64,000 nucleotides of DNA from Octopus vulgaris (Eukaryota), in NCBI GenBank assembly GCA_951406725.2, contig OX597831.1, positions 59,086,001-59,150,000 on the forward strand, given 5' to 3'. Positions 25,866-39,604 of the stretch are shown here, piece after piece. The notes under the pieces were generated by a model. It was not told the DNA's origin and ran no database searches. It saw nothing but the letters and a program-made list of their open reading frames with translations. The translations under genes and the position numbers were made by a program. Every line of letters begins with the position of its first letter. The stretch's first letter is position 1.

Positions 25866-28800
25866 ATGAATATATACACGACGGGCGCCTAACTGTTCTA
25901 CTCCCAATATTTGACCACCGTGATGCTACAGTGGCCGAAGGTGCTACGCAGTGAGAATAAATCTGAAACCATGTGGTTGGGGAGCAAGCTTCTTCCCAAA
26001 TCGCCAAGACCTGGAAACAAAACATCTCTAGTGTAGGGTAGAAAAATCGTCGGAGATCCATTTCCGTGTCCAGTATGCGCAAAATCATGGGAACGTTAGA
26101 ACAAGGACCTAGTTGAATGCTTTATCAGGAACAGAGTCTTAATCTACCTCAAATCCCATCCTCAAAAAGGCGACATATTTTAGTGTTGTATAAGTTAGTA
26201 TATACCTAACAAAGATTGGAATTCTTCTGGTAATTTGTATATTGAAATACGCTCAGCTGCGTGTAGAATGAGAATAAGAACTATAGAATTAGCAGCTAAT
26301 TTCAACAGCTGTTCTTTATATTACTGGAAAGGTTGCCAGTGATTGCAAAATACAGAAATATCAAAGTTCGATAATTTATAATAGCTATGCAGTGTAATCA
26401 AATACACTTTATATTACATGTGTCAGCTTTATTAGAAACATAATTTTAGAGTTGGCCATAGGCATATTACTAAATATGATTTCTATAAAATTTAATTTTC
26501 CTAACTTTTAGAATACCAGCGAGCCATTACTTGTATTGGATGAATTCTCTTTCAGAAATATAACGAAATACTTTTATATTTTAATAACCAGGATTTCATG
26601 GCGTTGTTTGCCCCAGTTTGGTCACTATCAAGTTCTATGACAGTCACTTAATTAACTGACTGATGAGAGCCAGAACACAGATATATGTTCCAAGTTATAC
26701 CGTGTTTCCACGTTGATGACTACTATATGCAGCGTCCAATATTAAGGATTTAGTATATATGACGCAGTGTAGCACTCTGGACTTCTGTTGTAAACTTTCC
26801 AACATCCGAAACAGAGGCAAGTAAATTTGATTGAATCACATCATAGCAGTAATTCTTCCTCTGCATTACCGTTTGCCTGTTTGCTTCGCAATAGAATGCT
26901 TCAAGCTATTAAGGCTGTTGAAGCCACTAATATTAATGTGTGCAAATATTCTTTATGCTTGTTTCCTATGGCTGCCTTTTAAAAGGCGCTGATTTGTCCT
27001 ACAGCGGAGCACATTTTTTGTGGAATGTAGAGAGAAAACATTTGCTGCAACTGCAAACCTTCCACCTTGTGTATGCCACTGTTTCAGGCTTTAGCATTTA
27101 ATTATTTTATTTCTTGTTGTATAAGAAGTATGTGTGTGTTATTTCATCTAATATTTCATCTATATATTTTTGAAGCTAAATCATATTTCAGTTGTGTATG
27201 GTGTTATGTTAATGCTTTTGATTTTGTATATTATTTTTTTTACAGTGACAATTCCTGGTGTCATATTTGAGGTTTTTTGACAACGTAGTGTTATGAGGTG
27301 TCTCAGATTTATCAATGTATATTTTGTTGGATGAATTTCCTGAGCGACCATATTACCTGTTGCTATGTTGTTGAATTCTGAAAACATTGACTGTAATTCT
27401 TCTTTAGTTTATATAGGTGTGGAAAATGCTTATTTTCCAATCTTGTCTCTTCAAATTTGGAACACTGGAAAAAGTGATGAAAACAATGTTTTGTACTATG
27501 TTCATTGATATTACAGCGTTTTGTTTGTTTCTTACTGGATCTGCATGTTTTCAGGATTACATTTAAACGCTGTTGTTCTGAGTTGTAAAGAGGAAAATAT
27601 GTAAATCAGAGTAAGACGTATCTCTATGCAATTGAATACCCATTTTATATAATTGCTGTGTGTATTTTTGATGTAATTTGCACATGAGAGAAACACTTGG
27701 GTATGTGGAGCACAATTCATCTTCTCTAATTTCCAACTATTATCTCCATGATTCATTCTTACATGTTATATTCAGTACTACTATATTATACGTTTAATAG
27801 TCACTGAAGTTGCCAGAATAGCTATACTAGAATGATCTCATCAAACCAAAAATTGATACCGTTACTCGTGAATATCTGTGAGAATCAATAATACAGTCAA
27901 GCCGTTGCGGCACAACTGATCTAATGTCAAACTGTAGTGATACCCTGACAAAACGATGAAGTTGAAAACTGCTTTAGTGACCATTCTTTCGTTTTTATCA
28001 TTCCATCCACATCTGAGCAATGTCGAAGACTAACATCTTCGGTGTCCAGTCACATACTCTAAATGTCATACAGTTTTCTACGTTGGTGAACTCGGAACTA
28101 GAACATTGCTCTGTGCTAGTGGCATGCGTTTAATGTCAGAATACAATTTCACCAGAACTTCAGAGGCATGAAACTGATACATAGCAAAGGCATTCATTAA
28201 CCACATCCCGTCAAGCAGTTGCCTGGTTCAACAATTTACGACATGGAAAAATGGAGCTGTGTTATGTATTGAATGCAAAATTCACGGAGCGAATGGAATC
28301 AAATAAATGTGTCAGTAGTCTTTGATCCTCTGAGATGACGGGCTTATAAGAAAAGCAACTTATCAGGGACTTGTATGATCTCTGTCACTTACTTGAGGCA
28401 TTTGGACAAATTATAGGCAATATCTCAAAATCTGGAAATATAGTACCAAATATGTCTCAGACGACTCATGCGCACCTAGTTGAAGCACAGATTACAATTA
28501 CTTCTGCATAGGATTCATTGTTACGTCGTATCGGCTTCGTGGGAATGATTGTGAAGTCAAAATTGATGGTTCATTCAAATAACTAAAGGAAAGCGAGCAC
28601 ACGCAGGAAGATCAAACAACAGTTTAATGATATACTTATGTACCTTTGGAATAGTGTGTCATCAGTAATAAATATGAGTTACTGTTTAATATCTGACACT
28701 TAGGTTAGGGTTTCAATATACATCATGGAAACTGAATATCGTTTATGAATTGCAACATTGGAATACATTATGATGCAACAATCTGAATAAAAGAAACGAG

Positions 28801-29409
28801 AATGTAGGAAAAAATGTACCTATTTTCTGTTAAATATGAAATGCCCGGTCTGACCTCAAACTCATGGAACCCATAGTGGCGTATATAATAACATACAGAT
28901 CCACACTAAAACTAGGCATAGTTGGCAACATCCCTAAGACCGAGAGAATTGCCTATCTGAACATACTTACAGTCTATTGAGATAGCTGTTTCAATTTATG
29001 CATTAATATATGACACACTCAGTTATTTCCATTTCAGTAAATAAGACAAGATGTTTTTCGTAATTATATTCTAGGTTGCCATAGGTCTCCAGTTCAACAT
29101 TTAATCAGATTATTTTATAAGCTTATGGCTTTAAAATGGCTATTGGTTACATGCAGCACCACATGTTAAAATGAAAACGTCCATTAATGACAACATATGG
29201 AAATAAAAAAAAGACTCAGGCAGAAATATCTATGCAGTTTTTAAATATTTCCATATTGTTATATGCCATATACATAGAAAAGAGAAAAAGATAGAAATGT
29301 ACTATATTCGTTATACATACCGAACTATATTCGTATCTTCAAATCACTTATCTGCTTAAACTAATATTCACTTGAGCCATCTCACGAGCGTATTTTAGAA
29401 CAGCTGTCA

Positions 29410-29848
29410 TCTATCTATATAAAACTGAGAATGTGTGTGTGTGTCTGTCTGTCTGTCTGTGTGAATCCCTAAAACTTGAGAACTACACAACCAATTTCAT
29501 TCAAATTTTACGCATACCTTACTTAGGGTCCATGTAGCGACATGGGCAAAACATTTTTAACTTCTTGCCTAAGACGAGCCCACGGCAATATCATATATTC
29601 ACTATTTCAGTATTACGTGTTAAAAGTGAAACAATAACATCTCTCTATTGTAATGTCAGATACTTTCACTTTAATACTGAAACTATTAAAGTGAATCTAT
29701 TGTAGAGGAAAGATACAACATTAACAGTGGATATCCGTTTTGCTAGAAGAAGATCTGCTATGGTCTTATATGCTACACCAATGGTTTACAATTCATATTA
29801 ATCAAATTAATATTCAATTTTTCCCCTTTATTGTTTTCAATTTAAATT

Positions 29849-29906
<58 letters not shown>

Positions 29907-30523
29907 TGTATATATACAGATGTATATATATATATATACATGTATATATAACTGTATACGTTACATGTATATGTATAGATCTATGTGTACATGTATATAT
30001 ATATATATATATAGATAGATGTACATATAATATGTACACTTATATATACACATATATACATGCATAAATGTATACACCCATACACATATGCACACACACA
30101 CAACGTGCACATACACACACATAGGTACAGGTGTGGTTGTGTGGTAACAAACTTGGTTCCAAAATACCTGGTTCTCAGTTCAGTCCCACTGTGTGGTAAC
30201 TTGGCATGTGGCTTCGGCTATAGCCTCAGGCCAACCAAAGCCTTGTCAGTAGATTTTGTAGACAGAAACTGAAAGAAATCAATTGTATGTATATATGTGT
30301 GTATATATGTAAGTCTAGGTGTGTGTCTTTTTGTTTCTCCCTCACCGCTGCTTCACAACTGGTCCGTTTATTTACATGCCCATAACTTACTGGTTTCACA
30401 AGAGGAAACTGATAGAATAAGTACCAGGCTTATCAAAATAAAATAAAGCACTAGGCAGTGTCTGATATATCTTTGTTTGCCCACTCAGTTGTATCTATCG
30501 ATTTATGTTTGTGTGTGCGTGTG

Positions 30524-30584
<61 letters not shown>

Positions 30585-30611
30585 ATTTTTGTAGACACGA
30601 CCTGTCAAACA

Positions 30612-30658
<47 letters not shown>

Positions 30659-30965
30659 TGTATGTCTGTGTCTTTGACTTTGTGTTTCGCCATCATCACT
30701 GCTTCACAAATGCTGTTCATTTATTTACATCCCCATCAATTACTGGTTTCACAAGAACAAACTAATAGAATAAGTACCAGGCTTATCGACATAAAAAAGC
30801 ACTAGGCTGTGTCTCATAATTTTGTTAGCAGACTCAGTTATATCTATCAATTTATCTTTGTATTTGTGTGTGTATATCTATATCTATAGTGTATGTATGT
30901 ATGTATGTATGTATGTATCTCTCTCTCTATATATATATACACACATACACGCACACACACACACA

Positions 30966-31038
<73 letters not shown>

Positions 31039-32315
31039 CACCCTAATGGGGGCCTTAACTCCCTACCTTTAGTCAATTCTTTTATGGTCCAAAACTACGT
31101 CAAAAGTACTGAATGAATTTTTATGAAATTTGGAAATCATATTCTATGCATAAGGGCTGTAACCCCCATGACAATTCATATATTTTTGCAGTTGATGAAC
31201 TGTTAACCATAGATATTAGACACAAATTCCGTCTTCTTACAAGTTAGAAAGACCCCTGCATGGGGACTTAACACCCACAATTTTATCATTTTATCTAAGC
31301 AAAAACGAATACAGTTGTGCTCTTGGAAGCTGTAGGGTTACCCGAGCATAAACGATGAGCATTATTTGTAATTCAATGGTACAACAGTGTAACACTTTGC
31401 TTTGACATACACTTACATTGTGATTTCTGGTGCATGAATTGTCAAGTAAATGAGAGGCACCTTTGCTTCCACTGATTCAGTTGCAAAGTGTTGAGTAAAG
31501 CTATTTGATTGCAGACCTCCTTTCAGTTTTCTATTATCACTGAGTCACACATAGTCCCCAGATGGTAACATTGATGTCAAGGCCTTCCCAGATGAGTGAC
31601 TGGTTATTCAAATACATTTATAGATTCTAAATATATTCTGTCCAGTTACGTATCAGTATAGTGTTCATTTGCAAACTCCAGAGGTGACATTTTCATTTCT
31701 CCTTAGCCCTCACGTCACACAGTTGTTAATGTTTATTTCAGTTGGGTCACGCCCTTCCAGTTGCTACAGATTCGTAATGTATCTTACGGCTGTGCCTGTC
31801 ACCCGGATGGTGAGGAATCCTACATTGGGAGTGGTAACGACTAGAGTAGGATAGCTGACTGCTTATTGTGACCATTCGTCCTTTGGTGTCCTGTAGCCTT
31901 GCTCTCTTTTACAAACCCAGTGAACATATATTTCCTATTTCAAAGAAATTCAAACAATAGATATAAGACCCAAGTTGAAAAGATTCTCAACAATTCAACT
32001 TCTCTGGTTGACATTAAGATGCCCATCCCCAATAGGAGCCTTAACTCACATTTTATAGCTCTATGACCTTCATTTTTCAGGAGCAAAATCTTCTTAGTAA
32101 GGCTGGAATTTTGGAATATGCGCATAAAAATCAGTAGTATGAGATACATGTGGCACGATTACATTTTTTAGGGTGTGTAAATAGGGAAACAACCATCATC
32201 TGCAATTTACATGATATTCGAAACATGGATATTCCTGCCCATTACAGAAAATATAACAGAAAAGTCTAATTCTTCAATTGCATGTAACACGCGCAACGCC
32301 GGGTATCTCTGCTAG
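29410..32315 (+). mobile_element. non-autonomous Helitron (~2.9 kb)
   Basis: 5' end is A|TCTATCTATATAAAACTG followed by a (gtct)n tract. 3' end has a decayed GC-rich hairpin cacgcgcaacgccggg, then CTAG|T. Internal repeats occur near 31041, 31254 and 32026. That the two ends belong together is inferred. Confidence 0.7.
30121..30860 (+). mobile_element. tRNA-derived SINE with tandemly duplicated 3' half and flank
   Basis: Head resembles 62783. 30350-30510 is repeated at 30701-30860. Confidence 0.75.
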
Positions 32316-34036
32316 TCATACATATAAAAATATAAATACACACAAAGCATATGGCATTTACAACTCCATTAACATACATTAAAATATCAAATCCACATCC
32401 CAAATTGCTTTCTATATTTCTCCTCTAGAATTAAATTTTGTTTATTCAGGACAGACCTTTGAGGATCTACTGAAACTACTACTTTATTGTGCAATATATA
32501 ATTGCTCCCAATTGGATTTTAACTCAGTTTTGAATTCGAAATCATTAAAAAAATCTACAAATGCTAGCGAACTCTTAAAATTCATTGCTTAAAAATCTGC
32601 GTCCAAATATTAACTTAGAAGTGTTATGTCTATGAGAGGAATGACAATATATTTTAATTTCATTACCATATCTTGTTATCTTCGAATATTCTTTTCGTTT
32701 CTCTTTTCTATCTTCCCCTCTTCTATATTATTGAATTTCTGAAGATACAAAAGACTAAAATACGTACACCTATAACATTTCTTGATTTTGTGGACTAGAC
32801 AGAAATCAATGTTCGTTGTTAAATGAAAATACGACGAAGATGTCTAGAGTTTAAACCAAATAAGATGCGAGTATCCAATATTGTCAGACTTGCCCATCGA
32901 ATTATTAGTATGTTATGTAATTCTTACTTGAAATCCTCTATAAAAGGCAAAGTTAATCTCATTATGACCCCAACGCATCTCGACAAAAACTATAGTAACA
33001 CGAACAATACAGACCTTGTTAATTATCGCAACTTAATCACAATGAATTTATTTTAAATTTCGATTTCTAACTTACATGCAAATATTTCTTTTGCTTACAA
33101 TATAAATACACAAATCGGATTTTTATACGTCGTGAAACCTAGTAATTTTATGCCGAGTGCAAACAACACTCTACATCGCATACTCAGTGACAATATTCAA
33201 TCAAAAATTGTTTATTTTCCGGGTATTATAATTGCCGGCAAAACATAAATTTTTATGGAAACTTGGCTAGACGAGAAAAGATGCGAATCCAGAAGAGCAT
33301 TATATGTTAAAAAACAAAACAAAACAAAAGCCCAACTCCAATTTTTAGGCTACAATTTGCATCGTCGAATCTCCAAATCGTGATTTGTGACATTAGTTTT
33401 AATTCAACCATTTTGCAGAGGAACATAACTGTTTTCAAGTATGAATTAAAGCTGATGCTTCAATAATTACTTCCCCAAATCAAGTCAGTTTATATACTCT
33501 ACACTTATATGTTTATTTATGAAGGTGATTGTAATACTCATGTAATTCAAATATTATATGAGTAGATTTTGACCACCAATTCTGGCAATCACTTCAGCAC
33601 ACAAGTTTCCGTATGCATTGTTTGGGGATTCTTTGTTTGGCAGAAACACCAGACACAATATGATGCAATTATAACACCATTAACAAAAACTCTGAAATGG
33701 ATCTAACATGTAACCATCGATTTAATGCGCGTGTTGCGAAGTTGCACAAAACCTGTGATATTTAGTAGTATATCAGTAATTTATTTACTTATAAATGAAT
33801 TTATTGATATTGTTATTACCATTATTACCATTATTGCTTCATGTCTACGTAAAGTAATTTGATAATAATTTGAATGCGTGCTAAGTTATTGGGTTAAAAG
33901 TGAAACAACTATAGGATAGATTGCATTTACCATGACATATTACTATATGAATACTTGCAAGACCCAGTTATAGAATTAATATTGCATGCATTTCCATAGT
34001 AGCAGTATTATGCGTGAATGGATATAGAACTAAGTT

Positions 34037-34066
34037 GATCTGACGAAGAAACCGAAAACGGTTACC
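34037..34066 (+). ncRNA. minimal hammerhead ribozyme-like motif (probably decayed)
   Basis: gat-CTGACGA-agaaacc-GAAA-acggtt-acc. The core is canonical but the stems have mismatches. It lies about 75 bp upstream of a PLE RT. Confidence 0.45.
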
Positions 34067-34140
34067 TGATGGCATTATATTTCATTCTTGAGGACAAACT
34101 CGCACTTCTAAATAAATGGATATAAATAAAGGAAATGAAC

Positions 34141-35530
34141 TCCAAATACCTCGACCGTGTTCTTGCACCCCCAGTGGCTTCCCTCTACTCTCACATCCAT
34201 GACATTAACCATGCTCTCCGTCTGTTGAACTCTTTCCCCTTCCCTTGTGGCCCCTCTCAACTTCTGTTCACTTTTGATATCAAAAATTTATCTATGGTGA
34301 TCTCACACAACAAAGTACTTGTTGCACTTAATATTTTTCTAGACCTCTGGCCTGACACTCAGCATGACACCTCCACACCTCTTCGACTGGCCGAACTCGT
34401 CCTCTCCACCAACTGCGTCTCGTTCGCGGAGAAGTTCTACCAACAGTTCTCAGGAGTGGACACGGGAACGAGAATGAGCCCCAAATATGCGAACCTGTTC
34501 GTTGGCTACGCTGAGGCCAAAATATTCTCACAATTCACCTGTCTGACGCCCGAGCTACATGTATCGGCACAATCTCATTCTCTCGCAAACAACTGGAACC
34601 CTTCCTCCCCTTTGTCCAATCCTTTTATCCTACCCTCGCATTCTCCTGCACTATCTCTAACTCTTCCGTCGATTTTCTCGGCATTTCTGTCACCATCAAC
34701 CATTCTGCTCTCACTGCCTGCATCCGCTACAAACACACTGACTCACACTGCTACCACAACTTCTCCTCCTCACACCCTACAGAAATTAAGCTATCAATCC
34801 CCTACTGCCAATACCTCCCTCTACGCCGTCTCTGCAGTGACGACCATGACTTTGAGACTCAGTCTCGCCAATTCATCGCCTCACCATTATCCAAACTGCC
34901 CTTGCTCGGGCACGATCTGTGGACCGTGTCTTTGCTCTTTCTCCTCGTACACAACCACCATTATCCATCTGCAGTTTTCACTCACCTACGAACCATCAAT
35001 CCTACCCCTTCCCAATTCTCTGAGCTTTCCGGTGACTCCAGTTCGAAACCTCCACCTCGCACATCGCCCCTAACCTACCTCGACCCGCTTTCAAAAAAAC
35101 CCATAACCTGCGTGACCTGGTCCGCATTTTCTTCCCTACCCTCGCCTCTCAGCCTAGCTCCTTCTCCAGCTCCCGTCCATGTCGTCGAACCTGCCCCTAC
35201 CTCCCCAACACCACGATCCTCAGAGACACCAATCACCGTCACTATCACGTCACCAACTCCTTGACCTACACCTCTAGTAATCTAATCTACTGCATCTTCT
35301 GGGCTCTCTGTCTCTGTTCATTGGTCAAACGGGACGCCGAGTGGCTAACCGGTTAGCGGTGCACCTCCGGGACACCAGACTCGGCATTTCCGCTCTGCCG
35401 ATCATTCGCTACATCTGTCTCTTTTCGGTCAGTTTCTGCACAGGCGCCACCCGGAATCCCGTCTACGCCGTGAAGGATTATTAATCTTCTCACTTCGTTC
35501 CTTTGCGCCACTTGAGCTCAACTCATCATT
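34141..35530 (+). mobile_element. Penelope-like element, 5'-truncated RT plus GIY-YIG pseudogene
   Basis: SKYLDRVLAP..LFTFDIKNL..LAELVLSTNCVSF..FYQQFSGVDTGTRMSPKYANLFVG (PLE RT). Downstream, TSSNLIYCI..FIGQTGRRVANRLAVHLR (GIY-YIG). Contains frameshifts. Confidence 0.9.
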
Positions 35531-35783
35531 CACTTCACACACCATTACATACACACCACAACACCTTCCATCTCTACACACACTTCTCAGCACTCACACA
35601 AACAATCTTCAAAAGCGTCACCACACATACCACTATAAGAGCAGCCACACACACTGTTTAGCTAAGTACACATACCACACACCATCAAGCACACTCCCCC
35701 AAGCACATAGAAAATATATGCACATACACACACGCAACACACATAAGCGCAGGAAACACACATATATGTGTGTATATATATAT

Positions 35784-36230
35784 ATCACTGATCACTTTGA
35801 CCGACCAGTCCGTCAGGCGTCCATTTGACACCGCTGGTCACAGCATGCTGTCCACTCCTCTCTGGATCGCGTCTTTCTCATCCACGGGATCCCAATCGTC
35901 CTCCTGAAATCGTAATTCCACCGTCGTGGAGGTCTTCCAGGTGGTCTTTTCCACTCACGCGGGTACCACTCGACAGCTGCGTGCGTCCACCGATTATCGG
36001 TGAGCCGGGCGACGTTTCCAGCCCATTTATACTTGCTGCGTGTATACTCTGCGATGGCATCTCTCACGCCGGACTTCTTTATGATGATCTTGCTACTGAT
36101 GTGCTCTCTCAACGAGATACCAAGCATTGAGCTTTCCATGGCTCTTTGAGCCGTTGCTAGTCTTTGCTCTTCTCGCTTTGTGATAGCCCATGTTTCACTA
36201 GCATATAACATTGCAGGCAGAACTGCACTG

Positions 36231-36232
<2 letters not shown>
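35784..36232 (-). mobile_element. RTE-clade LINE, 5'-truncated 3' end
   Basis: [44 protein letters not shown], with a very short 3' UTR ending in gtgatc-type repeats. Flanked by (TA)n. Confidence 0.9.
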
Positions 36233-36275
<43 letters not shown>

Positions 36276-36298
36276 CCTAATAGTGGTTTTATCTCTAA

Positions 36299-36401
<103 letters not shown>

Positions 36402-36753
36402 TGTATGTATAGGTGGGGGTACGTGTGTGTGTATACATTTTGTGCGTATCTTTAAAAGGACTTATTTTGGGGGCTGTAATTTTATGAACGTTTTTGAAAA
36501 AATATATGTGTTCCATGAACATATATATGGATACTGTCTCTTTGTTAACGTATTTAAATTATATTGCGTTATAAAATATTGGGTACAAAGAAGTAAAAGT
36601 TTTTTACTCCGTACAGGAAATGTACAAAATTGTATATAGTTTTTCTACGTCGTTAGAAAATACAGGAAAATATATAGCAGATTATCGTGTGGAAAACTTT
36701 ATATCCAATTAAAATATTTTAATATAATGTTCATGCACTGAATTTCATTGGAA

Positions 36754-37146
36754 TATGCGAAAAATAATGATTATCAAATTCTATTGCGAAATAACTATTA
36801 TAAATTTAAAAGAACTGTTTGAAAATATTTTAGGTTTTTATATGTTTAAAATAGTATAAAAAATGAAACTATTAAACAACATACATTGTACCAAATAAAT
36901 TATGCTGACATTTACAACACCTAGTGCAACATTTTCTAGTGAAAATGATATTGCTTACAATTTTCTGATCAAAATATAATATATATTCTAAATTTTACTA
37001 TTTATACTCCTTAAACGGGATAATTCTTACACTCCGACAGAGTTCAATAGCTTTACTTCAGTATATTTTACGCTCTGTATACCTATGCGAAAAAGAATGA
37101 TTATCAAATTCTATTGCGAAATAACTATTATTCAAATTTAAAAGAA
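36754..37146 (+). repeat. ~61-bp direct repeat, copies 330 bp apart
   Basis: 36754-36814 and 37084-37146 are nearly identical. Confidence 0.9.
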
Positions 37147-37249
37147 TTTTCATACTTTCATCCTCAATTCTAAGGTTTTCGTATTGGGATCCGTAATACC
37201 TAATCCTGTATATAATTATTTTAGTATTAAACCTCCACTTTCCTGCTTT

Positions 37250-37562
37250 TCTTATTTCAGTCGTTAGACTATAGCCATACAGTAGTATCGACTTACAGAA
37301 TTTTTAAGGTGATTTACTCGATCTCATTTTGGCGGAACCGCTATGTTACGAAAACGTAAATACGCCCACACTGTTTGTGACTAACACAAGTATAAAGATA
37401 TACATACATACATATAGGGCCGGCATCTTCCAGTTTCTGTCTACCAAATCCACTCACAATGCTTTGGTCGGCTCAAGGCTATAGTACAAGACATTTCTGC
37501 AAGATGCCACACAGCAGGCCACGGGGCTGGGAAGCAAGCTTCTTACCACACAGCCACGCCTA
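37250..37562 (-). mobile_element. tRNA-derived SINE, diverged copy
   Basis: cagtttctgtctaccaaatccactcacaatgctttggtcggc; same family as 62783-63282. Confidence 0.7.
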
Positions 37563-38554
37563 CGTCTACGCTTTACATTCATTAACTGCATTCCTTTTCA
37601 TTAACCTCATTCTTTACGGTGCCTATTTTATTTTTAAGGCTCTCTTTCATTATCTACAAGACGTTCATTAAACATTTGCATATTAAATACATGAATTTAC
37701 ACCATTGCTTAATTTCTTCCATAACTTTAGTTTTTTACATTAATTCCTTGAGAGCCTCTCACCCCTATTAACTATCTATAAATTAGAATTTTACGTTATA
37801 TGCATTGTCATATCGGATTCCAGGGTCACCAGGAATAGTTCTCGTTAGCTTGAACAACACCCATCCCATTCCAATTATTGTTATTATTACCATTTTGATC
37901 ATTATCCTTATCATTACAATTATTATGAGTAGTAATATTTTTTTTGTTATTTTGACTATCATTAATCTTGTCGTTGATATTTTTTTAATTATCGTTGCAA
38001 TGTTTTTATCAGTCTGAATATATTTCATACACGTTCGAATTTGGGTAAAATGCTACTCACTACGGTTCGTCACGGAGGATATATCTCGCTCGTTGACAAA
38101 TGGTGTGTACATAACTAGATCAGCTCGCAGCCCCATCTACCTAGGATGTGAGCTGCTAGCATTTAGGGATAGTTATCTCCTCATCGCTAACAGATAATGG
38201 GCAGACGACGCTACGAGCTGAATTAAGAGATTGGCTCTCTTATGCTTTTCCAGTCACCGTACGATGACTAGTAGGTTTATACGGTGGTTGACCGTGAGTA
38301 AATTACGGAGGGGTGGGGCCGCGCTAAACAGTGATAAATAAAATTGCAATGTTATCACTAGTCCGTATATGCTTCATGCACGTTCGAACTGAGGGATAAG
38401 CTACTCACGGCGTTTTATAATCATTTTTTTGTATTGTCAGTTTTTTTACGAGATATTTCTAGCTCTACACAAAGTGATGATCGAACGGGGTCTCGTTAGT
38501 GTCCACTTAACACTCCGGATCTTATATTCCCCCTTCCTTCTGCTCCGAATGAAC

Positions 38555-38799
38555 CTCCTCCTTCTCCTCCTCCTCCTCCTCCTCCTCCTCCTTCTTCTTC
38601 TTCTTCTTCTTTTTCTTCTTCTTCTTCTTCTTCTTCTTCTTCTTCTCCTTCTTCTTCTTTTTCCTCTTCTTCTTCTTTTTCCTCTTCTTCTTCTTTTTCC
38701 TCTTCTTCTTCTTTTTCCTCTTCTTCTTCTTCTCCTTCTTCTTCTTCTTCTTCTTCTTCTTCTTCTTCTTCTTCTTCTTCTTCTTCTTCTTCTTCTTCT
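38555..38799. repeat. (CCT)n/(CTT)n polypyrimidine microsatellite
   Basis: Direct reading; a second tract lies at 39188-39318. Confidence 0.95.
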
Positions 38800-39107
38800 A
38801 ATCAAAAACAGAAAGCCTGGCAGGTGCACACTGTAACACACCGCCTTCGATGCAGTTATGCCGAAGTGCCACTCTAATGTTGAACAACGCAAATAGTGAG
38901 TAAGCTTTCACTTGCATATATTGTGTGATTGGGGCTGGAAACAGAATTCGTACAGAAACAATTGTATTAATCATTATATAGATGAGAAAAAAAATTCCTT
39001 TGCCTCCTTCTTTCTGTTTGTTTGTGTGCATGTGTGTATGTGTGTGTATGTGTGTGTATGTGTGTGTATGTGTGTGTATGTGTGTGTATCTGGTGAGAGG
39101 AAGAAAC

Positions 39108-39150
<43 letters not shown>

Positions 39151-39319
39151 TTCTTTACTTTTATTCTTCTTCTGCTCCGAATGAACCACCTCCTCCCTCT
39201 TCTTCTTCTTCTTCTTCTTCTTCTTCTTCTTCTTCTTCTTCTTCTATTTCCTCAATCTGGAGCTCCTCCTCCTCCTCCTCCTCCTCCTCCTCTTCTTCTT
39301 CTTCTTCTTCTTCTTCTTA

Positions 39320-39604
39320 CCTTCTTTTGCCGAAGAAGAACGGGGACATGACAACACACCAGCATCGGTTGTCAAGCAATGCTAGGGAGACAAACACAGA
39401 CACACAAGCACACACACATAATACATATACATATATACGACAGGCTTCTTTCAGTTTCCGTCTACCAAATCCACTCACAAGGCTTTGGTCGGCCTGAGGC
39501 TATAGTAGAAGACACCTTGCCCAAGGTGCCACGCAGTGGGACTGAACCCGGAACCATGTGGTGGTAAACAAGTGTACTTACCACACAGCCACTCCTGCGC
39601 CTAT
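39320..39604 (-). mobile_element. tRNA-derived SINE, 3'-truncated
   Basis: Close match to the reverse complement of 62783-63165, apart from the length of the internal microsatellite. Confidence 0.85.

Noticed and set aside
26660-26690. CTGATGAG hammerhead-like core
   Set aside because: No stem II or GAAA follows.
28654-28700. Possible pre-miRNA hairpin (gtgtca..tgacac)
   Set aside because: Pairing is short and interrupted, and I recognise no mature miRNA in it.
34560-35073. C-terminal half of the 312-aa ORF as a Ser/Pro/Thr-rich domain
   Set aside because: It is an out-of-frame read-through after a deletion/frameshift in the PLE RT.
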